A stretch of DNA of 64,000 nt from a virus (IMGVR_UViG_3300033121_001869:109076-173075), one strand, 5' to 3'; shown: positions 35,710 through 47,339, counted from the stretch's first letter. A program made the numbers and translations. The notes: generated from the letters alone by a model not told the origin.

Positions 35710-36397
35710 AGCAAAATTCTGAACTTTTCTTCTCCTGTGAAAATGTTATAACAGTGGACGAATAATCAAATTCCGTTTGACTTTGAAATTTCTTTAATTG
35801 ATATTGTGACGTTCCAATATCAGCTGGTAAGGATGATGTTCTATACTCATTTGAATATCCAGCCCAAAGATTATCAAATTTTAAAATATTTTGACTTTGT
35901 ATATCAATATACTTCAAATATAATTCAACCCTATTGAGTTTATATCTATCAATTACATTTTTTAAAATATACTCTCGCATAGCAAAATCAATATCTCCAT
36001 TCTTTGTCATATCATTTCTAACACCCTCAAATGTTCTCCATCTTTTCAAAGTAGCAAAAATATAATTCGACAATATTGTTTTTAAATCTATTGTTAGGAT
36101 ATATTGTGTATTTGAATCTCTTTGTGATGCTGATTGCGAAGGATCTATTACTAAAGTATGATTAACTCTTTTATCCTCAGATGATGAATACGAGATAGGA
36201 GTTAAAGAAGATTCAATTGTTAAATCTAATTGCTCCTTAGTTGAAGATTGAAAGTAGACTAAACTTTGATCATCAATAATGATGGTATCATCTATTTCCA
36301 ACATTTTAGATCCAAAAATAGAAGATTCCTCTTTCATATTGAAAGTGCCATATATTCTAGAATAATCATATTCGGGGCTTATATATGTTCTACGCAT
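35672..36397 (-). CDS. hypothetical protein
   Basis: ORF of 241 aa. Confidence 0.45.
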   Translation of the reverse strand: MRRTYISPEYDYSRIYGTFNMKEESSIFGSKMLEIDDTIIIDDQSLVYFQSSTKEQLDLTIESSLTPISYSSSEDKRVNHTLVIDPSQSASQRDSNTQYILTIDLKTILSNYIFATLKRWRTFEGVRNDMTKNGDIDFAMREYILKNVIDRYKLNRVELYLKYIDIQSQNILKFDNLWAGYSNEYRTSSLPADIGTSQYQLKKFQSQTEFDYSSTVITFSQEKKSSEFCFDYFFKLFYEKI

Positions 36398-36762
36398 TAG
36401 ATACTATTATATTTTTTAACTATACTTTGTATATAAAGTGTCTGATATATATTTTGTAAAGTTGGAACAGATGATATTTGCGGTCTGTTAACCTCTAAGT
36501 GATATTCAAAATCCCAAGTTGATTTGAAGATAAAAAAATCAGCAACCATATATCCATATTCATCTAGCATCGGATAGATAGAATCGTAAGTTTCATTATT
36601 TCTCAATTTTAAGATATTCTCCTTACGATTAACCTTAGATAAAACTCTTTGTTTCATTACACCAAAAAGAGATAAATTAGTATCAAAAACATAATTACCT
36701 GATCTCATATAAAATGATTGAGTCGGAAATTGTGTATATATTGTTTGTGCAAAAAATCCCAT
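36397..36762 (-). CDS. hypothetical protein
   Basis: ORF of 121 aa. Confidence 0.45.
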   Translation of the reverse strand: MGFFAQTIYTQFPTQSFYMRSGNYVFDTNLSLFGVMKQRVLSKVNRKENILKLRNNETYDSIYPMLDEYGYMVADFFIFKSTWDFEYHLEVNRPQISSVPTLQNIYQTLYIQSIVKKYNSI

Positions 36763-36776
36763 TAAAATATATATTA

Positions 36777-39700
36777 TTAACCAGTTGTTACATAATAAGT
36801 TGTTACATAATAATTATCTTCATCACAATATATCTTCAATCCATTTCTAAAGATAGAACCCAATAATGATACTTGGTTAGAATTAACCAACAAGATTAGC
36901 TCATACAATTCGGATAATATCCCCGGGCTACCATATTGACCAATTCCATTAGCTAGTGATGCTGGAATAAGTGAGTATATATCGTCAAAAGCATTATCAA
37001 ATTCAGAGTCACTTGTTAATGTTAAAGAATTTAATGATAGATAAGATTCAAAATTACTCCAATTAGGTGAACTACCAGTGGCAGATATCGAACAAGTTCC
37101 AGATATATCCGTAAGAAAATCAGAAAATGGAGTTTTAATGATAAATGCATTAGATGGACCTATCTTATATTGTAGATAGGAAACAAATTGTGGTCCACAA
37201 TCTGGACAACAAAGATTTTGCTCAGATTTTGGAATTGTTAATCCATATGTAATACTACCTAAAATATCCTCAGCATCATAATTATTAATTTCAAATAAAT
37301 ATCGTAAAATTGACTTACAAGATACTTTTTGACTAGCTCCTATTTTAACATCACAAACATCTGATTGATATTTAACTGACAATACATAATGACCCTCTTC
37401 AATTTGAGTATGTATATTTTCATCTCCGGGCGGATATACTCTAAAAATAAAATTTTTACTTAAAAAGATATCTTGTGATAATATTATATCGATTATTTGC
37501 TGATAATAATCTTCCCAATCCTGTTGTGTATTCCCACTTGGAACATCTAATATAGCATCAAAATCAACTGTTACATCGCCAGATTGGAAATGGAATGTTA
37601 TTTCACTACCATCTGTTTCCAATATAAATTGAACATCACATAAATTACCCGTGTCGTATAAAGATGAATTAGTGAATAATTCAATATCATAAAACAAAGG
37701 CATATAATATCCACTATGTCGAAAGAATTTTTTAAAAACATTTGATTTTTGATTATTTAAATTTTTCAAAATTTTATCATCCTTCTTTATATTGAATATT
37801 TCAACACCAAGTGGTAAATCATTATAAAAATCAATCTTCTCAAGATTGTCTATCTGACCATTGATTAAATACCTATATGGTTTTAAATTGGTTTTATCTA
37901 TTGTGTTTGGTTTATATATGAGTGAATTATTTTTTAAATTAAAAGAATCTGGCTCTTCACAGATTAAAATATATGGTAGATTTTCCAAATTATTGCGGAA
38001 GCTGTATTTAGAAATAGATCCATTTTCCTCAATAATAACATATGAGGTATAATCAACAAACCCATACAATGAATCTAAATCATTTATTTGTCTTATAAAA
38101 TTGGCAGCTGTCAATCTGCCATTTGTTTCCTTATATAAATAATCTCTTTCAATATTTTTGGTTTCATCCATGATATTATCATTACCTAAAATTGTATTAT
38201 CATTAATACTTATATTAACTAAAATATTTTTCCATTTTTTATTGATGAATATAGTAATACCACTATCAATAGTCAAATCTGGATTAAATTTACAATAGTA
38301 ATAACAGTCATTTATCTTAATAATTGAATTATCATCAGGTTGATAATTATAAGTTGTATCGGGAACAAAACTATAAATTCTTCTCCAAGATGTAGATTCT
38401 CCCGGTATTTCATCCGAATTTGTACCTATATCAGTAAAATATAAAACATCATTATAACAAACAAATGTATTTGGATCATAAATAGGAAGATTTTTATCCC
38501 ACAATTGAACAGGTATCCATTTTGGGTAAGAACTTCCAACTCCTACTTGAGAAGAAACCTCTGACCAATAATTTGTGACACTTGATGATTGTATTTTTCG
38601 ATTATATGTTAACGGACGAATACCAGATGGGACAGAATAATTAGACATGTAAAATCTATTATTGTAGATAACATATGTTCCGCTTGAATATGTCGTTCCT
38701 GGATTCCAAAAATCAAAACCACTTGGGTTATAATTATAGTAATATTCGTCGAATTTATAAACCCAAGATGATGTTGATCCAGATGTATTATAAGATGACA
38801 CAGAATTCCAAAATTGATTAAATGTAGTTTCAATTTGATAGTTTGTTGATAATGTCGTAGGATTATCATAAGGATTTGATATAGAATCTCCAATAATAAC
38901 TCTAAAAATTATACCTTCATAAAAAACAAAATCATTAATTTGATATTGCTTATCATGCTCCCAATTTTTAATTACATCCCATTGCATTTTCTTTCTCCAT
39001 ATGCCTGGTTGAGCATAAGATGATGTATGATACATTTTATCTAAAACAACACCATATCCAGCAGTTTGTAATGCGCCATATGTTGCAACAATTGATGCAG
39101 TTGCTTGATATTGTGGTGTCACATAAGGATAGAACTGATCTATTTCTAAATAATCACCAATATTGAAAACTGATGGTGTAGCTGAATATGATGTTAATAA
39201 TGATAATTTATTATTAGATTTTGTCGTATCAATAAAATAATCCCATTCATATGGTTTATATAGTCCACCACTATCAGATACCATCCAATCATTACTACTC
39301 AAAAGTATAGAAAATTTATAATCTTGAAATTTATTACTGGACACCAAATTAATATTCTCAATAAATGTTGAATTATATTTAATGTTATCAACTTCGAAAA
39401 GTCTAAATTTTAATCCTCTAAATAATGTAGTATTTGGAATAACATTGTCACCTGTTTCGAACCAAGAATATTTCTTTCGATTCATTACTATCTCACCATC
39501 AATAAATGACTGTGTAGTTGAAAAAAATAAATCAAAATAATTAAAATCATATGAATAATCTAATCCAGAAAGTGAGTAAGATCCAAGTTCTAAATATTTA
39601 TCAATCTCAAATCTATATGAGGAATCTTGAAATTGTCCGAAATTTTTCTCAACATGTAAAGAGTGGAATAAATATGAAGTAGTTCCCGAATTAACTGTAT

Positions 39701-41711
39701 AGAAATAATCTAAATTTCTAGATGTCCTATCAGGAATTAGATTTTGAGTATCGACAGTTCTATTAAATTGCTCATGAATATCATTATTATTCAATAAATA
39801 TGGATAATCATATGATGATAATGAATTTTGATATACCCATCGAGTATGTATTGGATTCTTCCTCCAAATATCGGAAAGCTTTTTATCCAAAATTCTAAAA
39901 GTTTCCCAATTTGCTGTATAATCAGAAGCTACCGGAACATTTTCAGTTTTTCCCTTAAATATAAAATCATCAAAATCTTGTGGTGAGGAAGAACTTCTTA
40001 AATCTGTTAACATCATTTTAGATTCCTCAGTTTTATTTAAATCATTTCTCTTTTCATATTCAAATCTAGAAAATTCAGTGTCTATGATATTTGTATCAAA
40101 ATCTTTAATATCGCTAAATTTAGCTCGATATATTTTAAAATTTTTCGGTGGATTATTAGTTTTTATTAAAAGATCAATAGAGTTTGTATATCCATCTTCT
40201 CCTGAATTAGTATAATATGTAAATTTACTATTTATGGCATATTTAAATCCATAATCCGAGACAACCTTAACATAACCATCTTCAATAATTAAATTGTGAT
40301 AAATACCATCAATATCAATAATATTAACATCAGCAAATGTAAAATCTGATATTTCATATGGGGTGCCATCTATTTTGACTATTTGATTTTGTTCATTAAT
40401 ATAACAAGTTTTTTGATTCAAGTAAGATTGCTGTCCTGATAAATTTATATCTGATATAATTCTATATTTTGTAACAACTGGATTATTAACACTATCAATT
40501 ACTACCTTTTTATTATTAGAACCTTTACTAACTGCACTAACCGATGTCTCTAATGTTTCTTCGAATTTTTTAACTATATAAAAATCACCATTGTATTCAA
40601 CCCACATATCTATATCAGATCTATACCCATCAACAAAAGGATCTCCATGAGAATCACTTGAAATAATATTTCCAGATCCTGTTGGACCATAAATAGTCAC
40701 ATCATTATGTAATCTTGGTAAGACAAAAGGAGTTATTTTATCAATAACTTCTAATTCATCTAAATAAAATCCAGAATATCGATTTAAAGACCATTTTCTT
40801 ATTGAAGTTGGAGATGAAGGGGTATCATCAAAAAGATAACTAATATTTAAAATATGTGGAAATATGACTTTATTAACTCTGAATCCATCCAAAAACATTT
40901 TCTCAAAGTCAAATAAATTATTTTCATTTTCTAAATTCTCATCTAAATAGAAAGATTTTGAAACATATCCACCACTATCATAATCAATGCCATTCCACTT
41001 ACTAAATTCTAATTCATTAAAATCAATCTCTAAAGGAGCAACTGGAAAATTAGCATTATTAGAGAAATTATTATAAATCCACTCACCAAATAAAGTATTT
41101 TTAGTTAAGTCAAATATCTTAACTGTTTTTAATTTTTGTAAAAATTCAGTTCTGAAGTTCTCTCTTGTCAAATTTATAAGTCCAGGACCATCAACTCTAA
41201 AAATAATAAAGTATTTGGGAATGGAATGTTTAAAAACATACAATGGCGCAAAATATTCAAATTCTTCTTTATAATTTTTATTATCAATTATATTTCGAGC
41301 ACCTGATAAATATGTATCATCATATTGTGATGCAAAATCTGTTGACATATTATCATTATCATTATCATATTTTATAGATAATGCCAAATCAATAGGGAAA
41401 TCCTTAAAAAAGTAAGGAATTAATTCATCCAAATAATTGTTTTTATTGAACTGTACCTTCTTAAATCGAGTTGACGATAACTCAGGCGCTGAATCAATGC
41501 TCTCCATATAAAAATTATATTGAGAATCAACCATAATTTTTATATTACCTGTTAATCCAGTATTTGTTCTTAATATTGAGAAACTTCGCAACTTAAAATG
41601 TTTTTTAAATATATATTTAAAAGTTAATGGCTTAATGAGATTTATAAAAAGAATAAATGAATTATCAGATAATAGAATAGATTTTCTTTGGGATTTTTTC
41701 ATTGAAGCCAA
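36777..41711 (-). CDS. large virion structural protein (1644 aa; tail or baseplate-associated); true start probably internal
   Basis: Long uninterrupted ORF. The first about 60 codons are Lys/Phe-rich and look like AT-rich non-coding. M60 (nt 41534) or M69 (nt 41507) is a more plausible start. Confidence 0.65.
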   Translation of the reverse strand: MASMKKSQRKSILLSDNSFILFINLIKPLTFKYIFKKHFKLRSFSILRTNTGLTGNIKIMVDSQYNFYMESIDSAPELSSTRFKKVQFNKNNYLDELIPYFFKDFPIDLALSIKYDNDNDNMSTDFASQYDDTYLSGARNIIDNKNYKEEFEYFAPLYVFKHSIPKYFIIFRVDGPGLINLTRENFRTEFLQKLKTVKIFDLTKNTLFGEWIYNNFSNNANFPVAPLEIDFNELEFSKWNGIDYDSGGYVSKSFYLDENLENENNLFDFEKMFLDGFRVNKVIFPHILNISYLFDDTPSSPTSIRKWSLNRYSGFYLDELEVIDKITPFVLPRLHNDVTIYGPTGSGNIISSDSHGDPFVDGYRSDIDMWVEYNGDFYIVKKFEETLETSVSAVSKGSNNKKVVIDSVNNPVVTKYRIISDINLSGQQSYLNQKTCYINEQNQIVKIDGTPYEISDFTFADVNIIDIDGIYHNLIIEDGYVKVVSDYGFKYAINSKFTYYTNSGEDGYTNSIDLLIKTNNPPKNFKIYRAKFSDIKDFDTNIIDTEFSRFEYEKRNDLNKTEESKMMLTDLRSSSSPQDFDDFIFKGKTENVPVASDYTANWETFRILDKKLSDIWRKNPIHTRWVYQNSLSSYDYPYLLNNNDIHEQFNRTVDTQNLIPDRTSRNLDYFYTVNSGTTSYLFHSLHVEKNFGQFQDSSYRFEIDKYLELGSYSLSGLDYSYDFNYFDLFFSTTQSFIDGEIVMNRKKYSWFETGDNVIPNTTLFRGLKFRLFEVDNIKYNSTFIENINLVSSNKFQDYKFSILLSSNDWMVSDSGGLYKPYEWDYFIDTTKSNNKLSLLTSYSATPSVFNIGDYLEIDQFYPYVTPQYQATASIVATYGALQTAGYGVVLDKMYHTSSYAQPGIWRKKMQWDVIKNWEHDKQYQINDFVFYEGIIFRVIIGDSISNPYDNPTTLSTNYQIETTFNQFWNSVSSYNTSGSTSSWVYKFDEYYYNYNPSGFDFWNPGTTYSSGTYVIYNNRFYMSNYSVPSGIRPLTYNRKIQSSSVTNYWSEVSSQVGVGSSYPKWIPVQLWDKNLPIYDPNTFVCYNDVLYFTDIGTNSDEIPGESTSWRRIYSFVPDTTYNYQPDDNSIIKINDCYYYCKFNPDLTIDSGITIFINKKWKNILVNISINDNTILGNDNIMDETKNIERDYLYKETNGRLTAANFIRQINDLDSLYGFVDYTSYVIIEENGSISKYSFRNNLENLPYILICEEPDSFNLKNNSLIYKPNTIDKTNLKPYRYLINGQIDNLEKIDFYNDLPLGVEIFNIKKDDKILKNLNNQKSNVFKKFFRHSGYYMPLFYDIELFTNSSLYDTGNLCDVQFILETDGSEITFHFQSGDVTVDFDAILDVPSGNTQQDWEDYYQQIIDIILSQDIFLSKNFIFRVYPPGDENIHTQIEEGHYVLSVKYQSDVCDVKIGASQKVSCKSILRYLFEINNYDAEDILGSITYGLTIPKSEQNLCCPDCGPQFVSYLQYKIGPSNAFIIKTPFSDFLTDISGTCSISATGSSPNWSNFESYLSLNSLTLTSDSEFDNAFDDIYSLIPASLANGIGQYGSPGILSELYELILLVNSNQVSLLGSIFRNGLKIYCDEDNYYVTTYYVTTG

Positions 41712-41952
41712 AGATGATGGATTAGATGTAAATATTGATTATAGTTCGGATAGAAAGCTAATTGTAGTAAAAATAAAAGATCCTTTGGAAATTTACGGAC
41801 ATTTATATGTTTTAGAACATAAAAAAGAAATGAGGGAAATGATTGATAGATTATTATCTATTGATAATAATATAATCTCATCTAAACTATATACAAGTGA
41901 TAAATCTCTAATACTGTATATTCGAGTGGATAAACTTGATAAAATTATTTAA
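41635..41952 (+). CDS. hypothetical protein (opposite strand, between two large structural genes)
   Basis: A 105-aa ORF filling the gap between the minus-strand genes. It conflicts with the extended N-terminus of the 1644-aa ORF. Confidence 0.25.
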   Translation: MRFIKRINELSDNRIDFLWDFFIEAKDDGLDVNIDYSSDRKLIVVKIKDPLEIYGHLYVLEHKKEMREMIDRLLSIDNNIISSKLYTSDKSLILYIRVDKLDKII

Positions 41953-44900
41953 CAATTGTGCTATAATTCTTAGGCTTAGATGCGTATGTAACTTTGTTTC
42001 GATTCAAATTAAATGTTAGTGTAAAAACAAACGGCTTATTTTCAGCTTCATTTTCCAAAAAGAAAATAAGCTTCTTAATATGTTTAACTGTCTGTGTTTG
42101 TTTATTCAAATTAATATATTCATAATTTACACCCGTCTGTGTATTATCTAAAGCATTCATTTTAAAATAAATATTAATTGGAATAACAATTTCCCCACCA
42201 CCATCAAGTGTTTTTACCTTATCCTGATTTGTTTCAGTAATATCATCAATTTCATTAATAACTGGATGTATAGTAGTTAAAAATTTAGTTGTAGATCCAA
42301 CTGATAATGTTGTATCTCTCCATTTACTATTATCTAATAATGAGTTATTGCTAGAAACAAATGAGAGTGGTTGATTCTCAGAATATCCAACATTATACTC
42401 ATTTAAACTCAGAATATTTGTTATCGAGTTATTATTCAATGAAGTGAAACTATTCCCAATATTTTCTGATAATCGAGTCACAACATTAGTCTGACTAGTA
42501 ACTGCTTCGTAGTTCACTAACCAAATGAATTGATTATTAACTTGCGTCTTACTAACACCAGAAACATCAGAAAATATTAATTCATCTTGATTATTAACCC
42601 AGAATGACTGAGGAACACCAGTATTATAAACATCAGAATTATTAGCATATGTTCGGTTAGATAGGAGTCCCAATACAGAATCAACAGATTTATTTCTAAC
42701 TCTCAAAGCAAAATCCTTAATAACATAAATATTATTTGAATAAACTCTTCCCGTTGGAATTCCTGTTCCTGTAAAAGGTTCTAAATAGTCTTCACACTCA
42801 ACATTAAAAGTTGTTTCAGAATTATTACCGATAACAAATTCTTGATTATTTCTAATAATAATAATTTCCAATTCTCCCTTGGCTCTTTTGATTTTTTCTT
42901 CTAATGATTTAACTCTTGTTTCTAATTTCTGCAAATATTCAAATAAATCCAAAGCAGTTCCATTCTCATCCTTAAATCCGGATAACATCCTATCTGATGA
43001 ACTTGTGTACACCTTATTATTAATAGTGACGATGTCTGCTAATAAATCGTTCAGACCATTAGCCACCAAATCGTTCTGAACGCTAACTTTTAGATCCTCC
43101 TTAGATGCCTCATTCAATATAAAATCAGTATCATTTAGTACATTGTTCAAATCATCTGGGAAATCGACAGATAAAATTTCAGACCAGTCAGATTCAACAG
43201 GTGATTCCGGCCAACCAACCTCGGATATACTTTTAATTCTCAATTCTACTCTCTCACCAGAATTAATCGCAATATCAATTTGATTAATATTTGGAGTGTC
43301 AGCATTTTCAATATCCTCAATCTGCCATGTATATGTGTTATTAGATTTGTCAAAAACTCTTTTACGGACATCAGTTTTAAATTCATTCCAATTTGAAAAA
43401 GCTGCTGTCTTTTGTTGATTATTTTCCGTAACATTAAATGTTTCAACACTTGGCTCTTTACCATCCTTCGATGTATATCTATATTGAATTCTGAATTGAA
43501 CAATCTCTTGGGGTAAAGTGCCTCTTGTTGAAACAGCTTCTGGCATATTCCAGAATCCTCTTAGTCTGTATTTAGGATCTATTTTTGTTGTACTTTGACG
43601 ACTTAAATCAATAATTTCCTGAACAGTCGTTGATAATAATTTTGATTTTGATACCTTCTTTTTATTCAAATCATCAATTTCTAATTCAAATTTTTTCCGT
43701 TCAGAAGAGGATGTAAACTTAGTTATTTTTAATTTTTTATTTCTATCATCAAGAGCTTCTTGTATTTGTCTAATTTCATTTTTAAGCGAAATCTGATAAT
43801 TGTGTTTATTTTTCAACAAATTAGAATCCGGCGTATCTGTCAAATGTTTATTAACTTGGACCACTTTAAAATTATTAGGATCTAAAACAACAATATTTGG
43901 AGATCCTGAAAGCTTATTTGGAGTTTTTTTCGCAACCAAATCTTGCAAAACTAATCCATAATCATAAACAACATCAACATAAAATTGTTCCATTGTTTGT
44001 CCATTATAAGAATCATTAGATGATACTCTCAAATCATTAGTATAATATCCTGTTCCAAGTGACCAATCTTTAGCTACTAAATTATTATCAGCATTAACCG
44101 GTTTAATAAAAGTAACATTTCTCTCATTATAGCCAATACTTATTCTAACCTTCTTAGTATAAATAACCGGAGAATAGATTTTTAAAGTTCCAATTCCAAC
44201 TGGTATTGGCTGCAATCCCTCAATTCTTTCCAATCTAACTCTTGGATTTGATTCACTTGTAGATATTTCAACAATTCGGTATCTTGTATTAGATATTGCT
44301 TGGTTTATAATCAACTCATTACCAATAGATAATTGTTTTACCTCGGATGTTTCATTTATTAAAAAATCTAATGTATTTAAATGGTACCATAGTTTTCTAT
44401 TAAGTGTATCTTCTTCAATTTTAATAACATTAAAAACACCATCATATAATAGAGTATTTGGCTCTAAATCAAAAACCTGCTCATCATATTTTGGAAAAAT
44501 TGGATCAACAATTCCCGGTGTTGTTTTGTACCATCTTTCAAATTCTTGAATGTCAATATTATTCTTTTGCTTATAAAGAGAATTGAAGCTGTCTAAAGCA
44601 CTTTGTCCTAAATTGGTAAAATTACCATCAGCATCCTTTGAAAATTCAACAATATATCTTCTAACTAAACATTTACGAACATTGTTTTCAATTTTATCAC
44701 TTAGATCAAATTCTATTTTCAAAATTGGATTTAATAAACCATCAAAAAACCAATTCTTCTCAGATTTAAACTGACCAACAATAGATAATGTATCAATAGC
44801 ATTTGGTTCTCTATTTAAATCAACTGTAATTATCTTCTTAAATTGATTTTGTGATGTTGTTTGTATCAAAGCACCAGTTGTATCAATACTATAAAGTGAA

Positions 44901-45118
44901 TTTATAGAATTATTAAGTCTTTCAATTTCCCCCTTAAGATAGGTAAAAGATGGTAATGAGTATGTATTTATCACACCATTAGCATCAAATATGCGAACAT
45001 CAACAGAGGGATCGACTGTGGTTGACAATGAATTTATTTTAGATAGTATCTCAGTAATATTTTTATTATAAGATATTACTTGTTCAGCAACAGTTGCAAA
45101 AGAACTCTGAATTGGCAT
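41945..45118 (-). CDS. large virion structural protein (1057 aa; baseplate or tail)
   Basis: Long ORF in the structural block. The size is similar to T4 baseplate wedge gp7, but no motif-level identification was possible. Confidence 0.65.
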   Translation of the reverse strand: MPIQSSFATVAEQVISYNKNITEILSKINSLSTTVDPSVDVRIFDANGVINTYSLPSFTYLKGEIERLNNSINSLYSIDTTGALIQTTSQNQFKKIITVDLNREPNAIDTLSIVGQFKSEKNWFFDGLLNPILKIEFDLSDKIENNVRKCLVRRYIVEFSKDADGNFTNLGQSALDSFNSLYKQKNNIDIQEFERWYKTTPGIVDPIFPKYDEQVFDLEPNTLLYDGVFNVIKIEEDTLNRKLWYHLNTLDFLINETSEVKQLSIGNELIINQAISNTRYRIVEISTSESNPRVRLERIEGLQPIPVGIGTLKIYSPVIYTKKVRISIGYNERNVTFIKPVNADNNLVAKDWSLGTGYYTNDLRVSSNDSYNGQTMEQFYVDVVYDYGLVLQDLVAKKTPNKLSGSPNIVVLDPNNFKVVQVNKHLTDTPDSNLLKNKHNYQISLKNEIRQIQEALDDRNKKLKITKFTSSSERKKFELEIDDLNKKKVSKSKLLSTTVQEIIDLSRQSTTKIDPKYRLRGFWNMPEAVSTRGTLPQEIVQFRIQYRYTSKDGKEPSVETFNVTENNQQKTAAFSNWNEFKTDVRKRVFDKSNNTYTWQIEDIENADTPNINQIDIAINSGERVELRIKSISEVGWPESPVESDWSEILSVDFPDDLNNVLNDTDFILNEASKEDLKVSVQNDLVANGLNDLLADIVTINNKVYTSSSDRMLSGFKDENGTALDLFEYLQKLETRVKSLEEKIKRAKGELEIIIIRNNQEFVIGNNSETTFNVECEDYLEPFTGTGIPTGRVYSNNIYVIKDFALRVRNKSVDSVLGLLSNRTYANNSDVYNTGVPQSFWVNNQDELIFSDVSGVSKTQVNNQFIWLVNYEAVTSQTNVVTRLSENIGNSFTSLNNNSITNILSLNEYNVGYSENQPLSFVSSNNSLLDNSKWRDTTLSVGSTTKFLTTIHPVINEIDDITETNQDKVKTLDGGGEIVIPINIYFKMNALDNTQTGVNYEYINLNKQTQTVKHIKKLIFFLENEAENKPFVFTLTFNLNRNKVTYASKPKNYSTIVK

Positions 45119-45217
45119 ATTTATAGTTTATTTTGTTTATATATTATTTTATAATTTTTTCCAATAAAAAATTTTGAATTTTAATAATAAAATATTATTT
45201 TACATAGAAATTATTCT

Positions 45218-45454
45218 ATGTTAAAGTTATGGAAAGTCACATTTAATGATGGTGGTTGGCATGAAAGCTTACCGACATATCAAGTAGTTGCAGAAACTTC
45301 CGAAGAAGCTAAAAAAATGGTATTAGAAGAACATAAATATTACAAAGACTGGGACTGTTGGACAACTGAGTTTAAAATAAAGGGTTATATCATCGAGATA
45401 TATGATGAAAAAACATATATGAGAGAAAAAAACCTTGGTAATTTGGTAAAATAA
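45218..45454 (+). CDS. hypothetical protein
   Basis: ORF of 78 aa. Confidence 0.4.
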   Translation: MLKLWKVTFNDGGWHESLPTYQVVAETSEEAKKMVLEEHKYYKDWDCWTTEFKIKGYIIEIYDEKTYMREKNLGNLVK

Positions 45455-45457
45455 CCG

Positions 45458-45465
45458 TATCTTTG
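45458..45465 (+). promoter_or_regulatory. TATCTTTG (-7-like) element 4 nt before the ligA ATG (possible leaderless transcript)
   Basis: TAnnTTTG match. A partial -33-like CTTG sits 20 nt upstream. Confidence 0.3.
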
Positions 45466-45469
45466 TCAA

Positions 45470-47338
45470 ATGATTACTGAATTAATAGAAAAAATAGAAT
45501 CTGCCAATATTGCCTATCGATTAGGCAAACCTATTATGTCAGATTCACAATACGATATTTTAGTTGATGAACTAAAACAATTAGATCCACACAACCCAAT
45601 ACTCACAAAAGTTGGTCATGCTATAATCGATGAAAGTCGTAAAAGAAGATTGCCTATTGAAATGGCATCAATGAATAAAGTCAAGACAATTGATGAAATT
45701 ATTGATTGGTGTCGATTAAAAGGCATTAATACCAACCAAACAGTTGTTATTACTCCAAAATATGATGGACTTTCACTATGTGTTAATGAATTAACTGATG
45801 AAGCATGGACAAGAGGTGATGGAGAATTTGGACAAAAATCTGATGAACATTATAAATTAATCAAAAATCATTTAGAAAAATTACCAAATCCTTGGCCTAA
45901 CGCAGGTGGATTTAAATTCACATATGGTGAGGTAATGATGCCTAAAAAAGTATTCGTTGATAAATATTCAAATGATTATGCCAATCCTCGAAATTTAGTT
46001 GCTGGACTTTTAAATTCCAAAGATATTAATGAATTTTTAAAGGACACTGTGTATATTAAATATGGTGGTGTTCTCGAAGATGAATTTCAAGGATCCTTTA
46101 ACACAAAAAGTGATTTACTCAAATCCTTAAATGATGGACAAGATATTAAAGTTCCATTTGAGGTTATGCCTATCAAAAATATAACTCATGAAATTTTATT
46201 TGATTTATTTAAATCTTGGTCACAAGATTTTGAAATTGATGGGTTAATTATCGAAATAGATTTTTTACAAACTCAAGAAGTTTTAGGACGAGAAACATCT
46301 TCAAATAATCCTTGTTGGGCAAGGGCATATAAATCTCCAGATTTTGAACAGGTTGCTGAAACAACAATAATAGGAATTTCATGGAATATATCCAAACAAG
46401 GATATCTTAAACCGACATTACATGTTAGTCCAATAAAGCTGGATGGTGTCACAATATCTAATGTAACGGGCAATAACGCGAGATTTGTTAAAGATATGGG
46501 TCTCGGAATCGGAGCTAAAGTTCTAATTAAGAGAAGTGGAATGGTTATTCCTGTAATTTATGATGTTATTGAAAAGGTTGATTTTGTCATACCAAATATA
46601 CCAAATATTGACTGGAGTGATTCTGGAGTAGAACTCATAACTCTTTCCGAAACAGATGAACAAAGATTTAAACAAGCTGTATCTTTCTTTAAAATATTAG
46701 AAGTTGATAACGTTGGAGAAGGAGTTGTAAAACAGCTATGGGATGCTGGTTTTAACTCTATACAATCAATACTAGAATTAACACCGGATAAACTTTCTAA
46801 GTTAGATGGGTTTGGAAAGAGAAAGTCAATGATTGTTTATAATTCTATTCAATCAAAAATTAAAAACATACAATTATCAAAATTACAACATGCTACAGGA
46901 CTTTTCAAGGGCCTTGGAAGTAAAAAATTAGCATTATTAGAACACTTTACTTCCAAACCAACATTAGAAGAAGTTTCTTCAATAGAAGGTTTTGCAGAAA
47001 CATTAGCAAAATCCTACTTGGAATCTTATGATAAATTTTTTGATTTTCTAAATCAAATTCCGGTAACAATTGCAAAAAAAGTAGAAGTTGAGAAAGAATC
47101 AAACGATTTAGATGGTAAATCATTTGTTTTTACTGGCATAAGAGTCCCAAAATATGAGGAATTTATTACTGAAAATGGTGGAAAAGTAAGTTCCACAGTA
47201 TCTAAAAATACTACATACTTAGTAATGAAGAGTAAGGGGAGTGGAAGTAGTAAGGAGAAAAAAGCTATAGATCTCGGAGTTAAGATTTTAGAAATAAAGG
47301 ACTTAGAAGATATAATATATACTATTAAAAATAAATAG
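45470..47338 (+). CDS. ligA: NAD-dependent DNA ligase (LigA family) with C-terminal BRCT domain
   Basis: N-terminal Ia domain (SDSQYDILVDELKQL), an adenylation lysine motif KYDGLS, OB, zinc-finger-less HhH region, and a C-terminal BRCT-like segment (GKSFVFTG...TYLVMKSKGSGSSKEKKA). Confidence 0.85.
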   Translation: MITELIEKIESANIAYRLGKPIMSDSQYDILVDELKQLDPHNPILTKVGHAIIDESRKRRLPIEMASMNKVKTIDEIIDWCRLKGINTNQTVVITPKYDGLSLCVNELTDEAWTRGDGEFGQKSDEHYKLIKNHLEKLPNPWPNAGGFKFTYGEVMMPKKVFVDKYSNDYANPRNLVAGLLNSKDINEFLKDTVYIKYGGVLEDEFQGSFNTKSDLLKSLNDGQDIKVPFEVMPIKNITHEILFDLFKSWSQDFEIDGLIIEIDFLQTQEVLGRETSSNNPCWARAYKSPDFEQVAETTIIGISWNISKQGYLKPTLHVSPIKLDGVTISNVTGNNARFVKDMGLGIGAKVLIKRSGMVIPVIYDVIEKVDFVIPNIPNIDWSDSGVELITLSETDEQRFKQAVSFFKILEVDNVGEGVVKQLWDAGFNSIQSILELTPDKLSKLDGFGKRKSMIVYNSIQSKIKNIQLSKLQHATGLFKGLGSKKLALLEHFTSKPTLEEVSSIEGFAETLAKSYLESYDKFFDFLNQIPVTIAKKVEVEKESNDLDGKSFVFTGIRVPKYEEFITENGGKVSSTVSKNTTYLVMKSKGSGSSKEKKAIDLGVKILEIKDLEDIIYTIKNK

Positions 47339-47339
47339 T

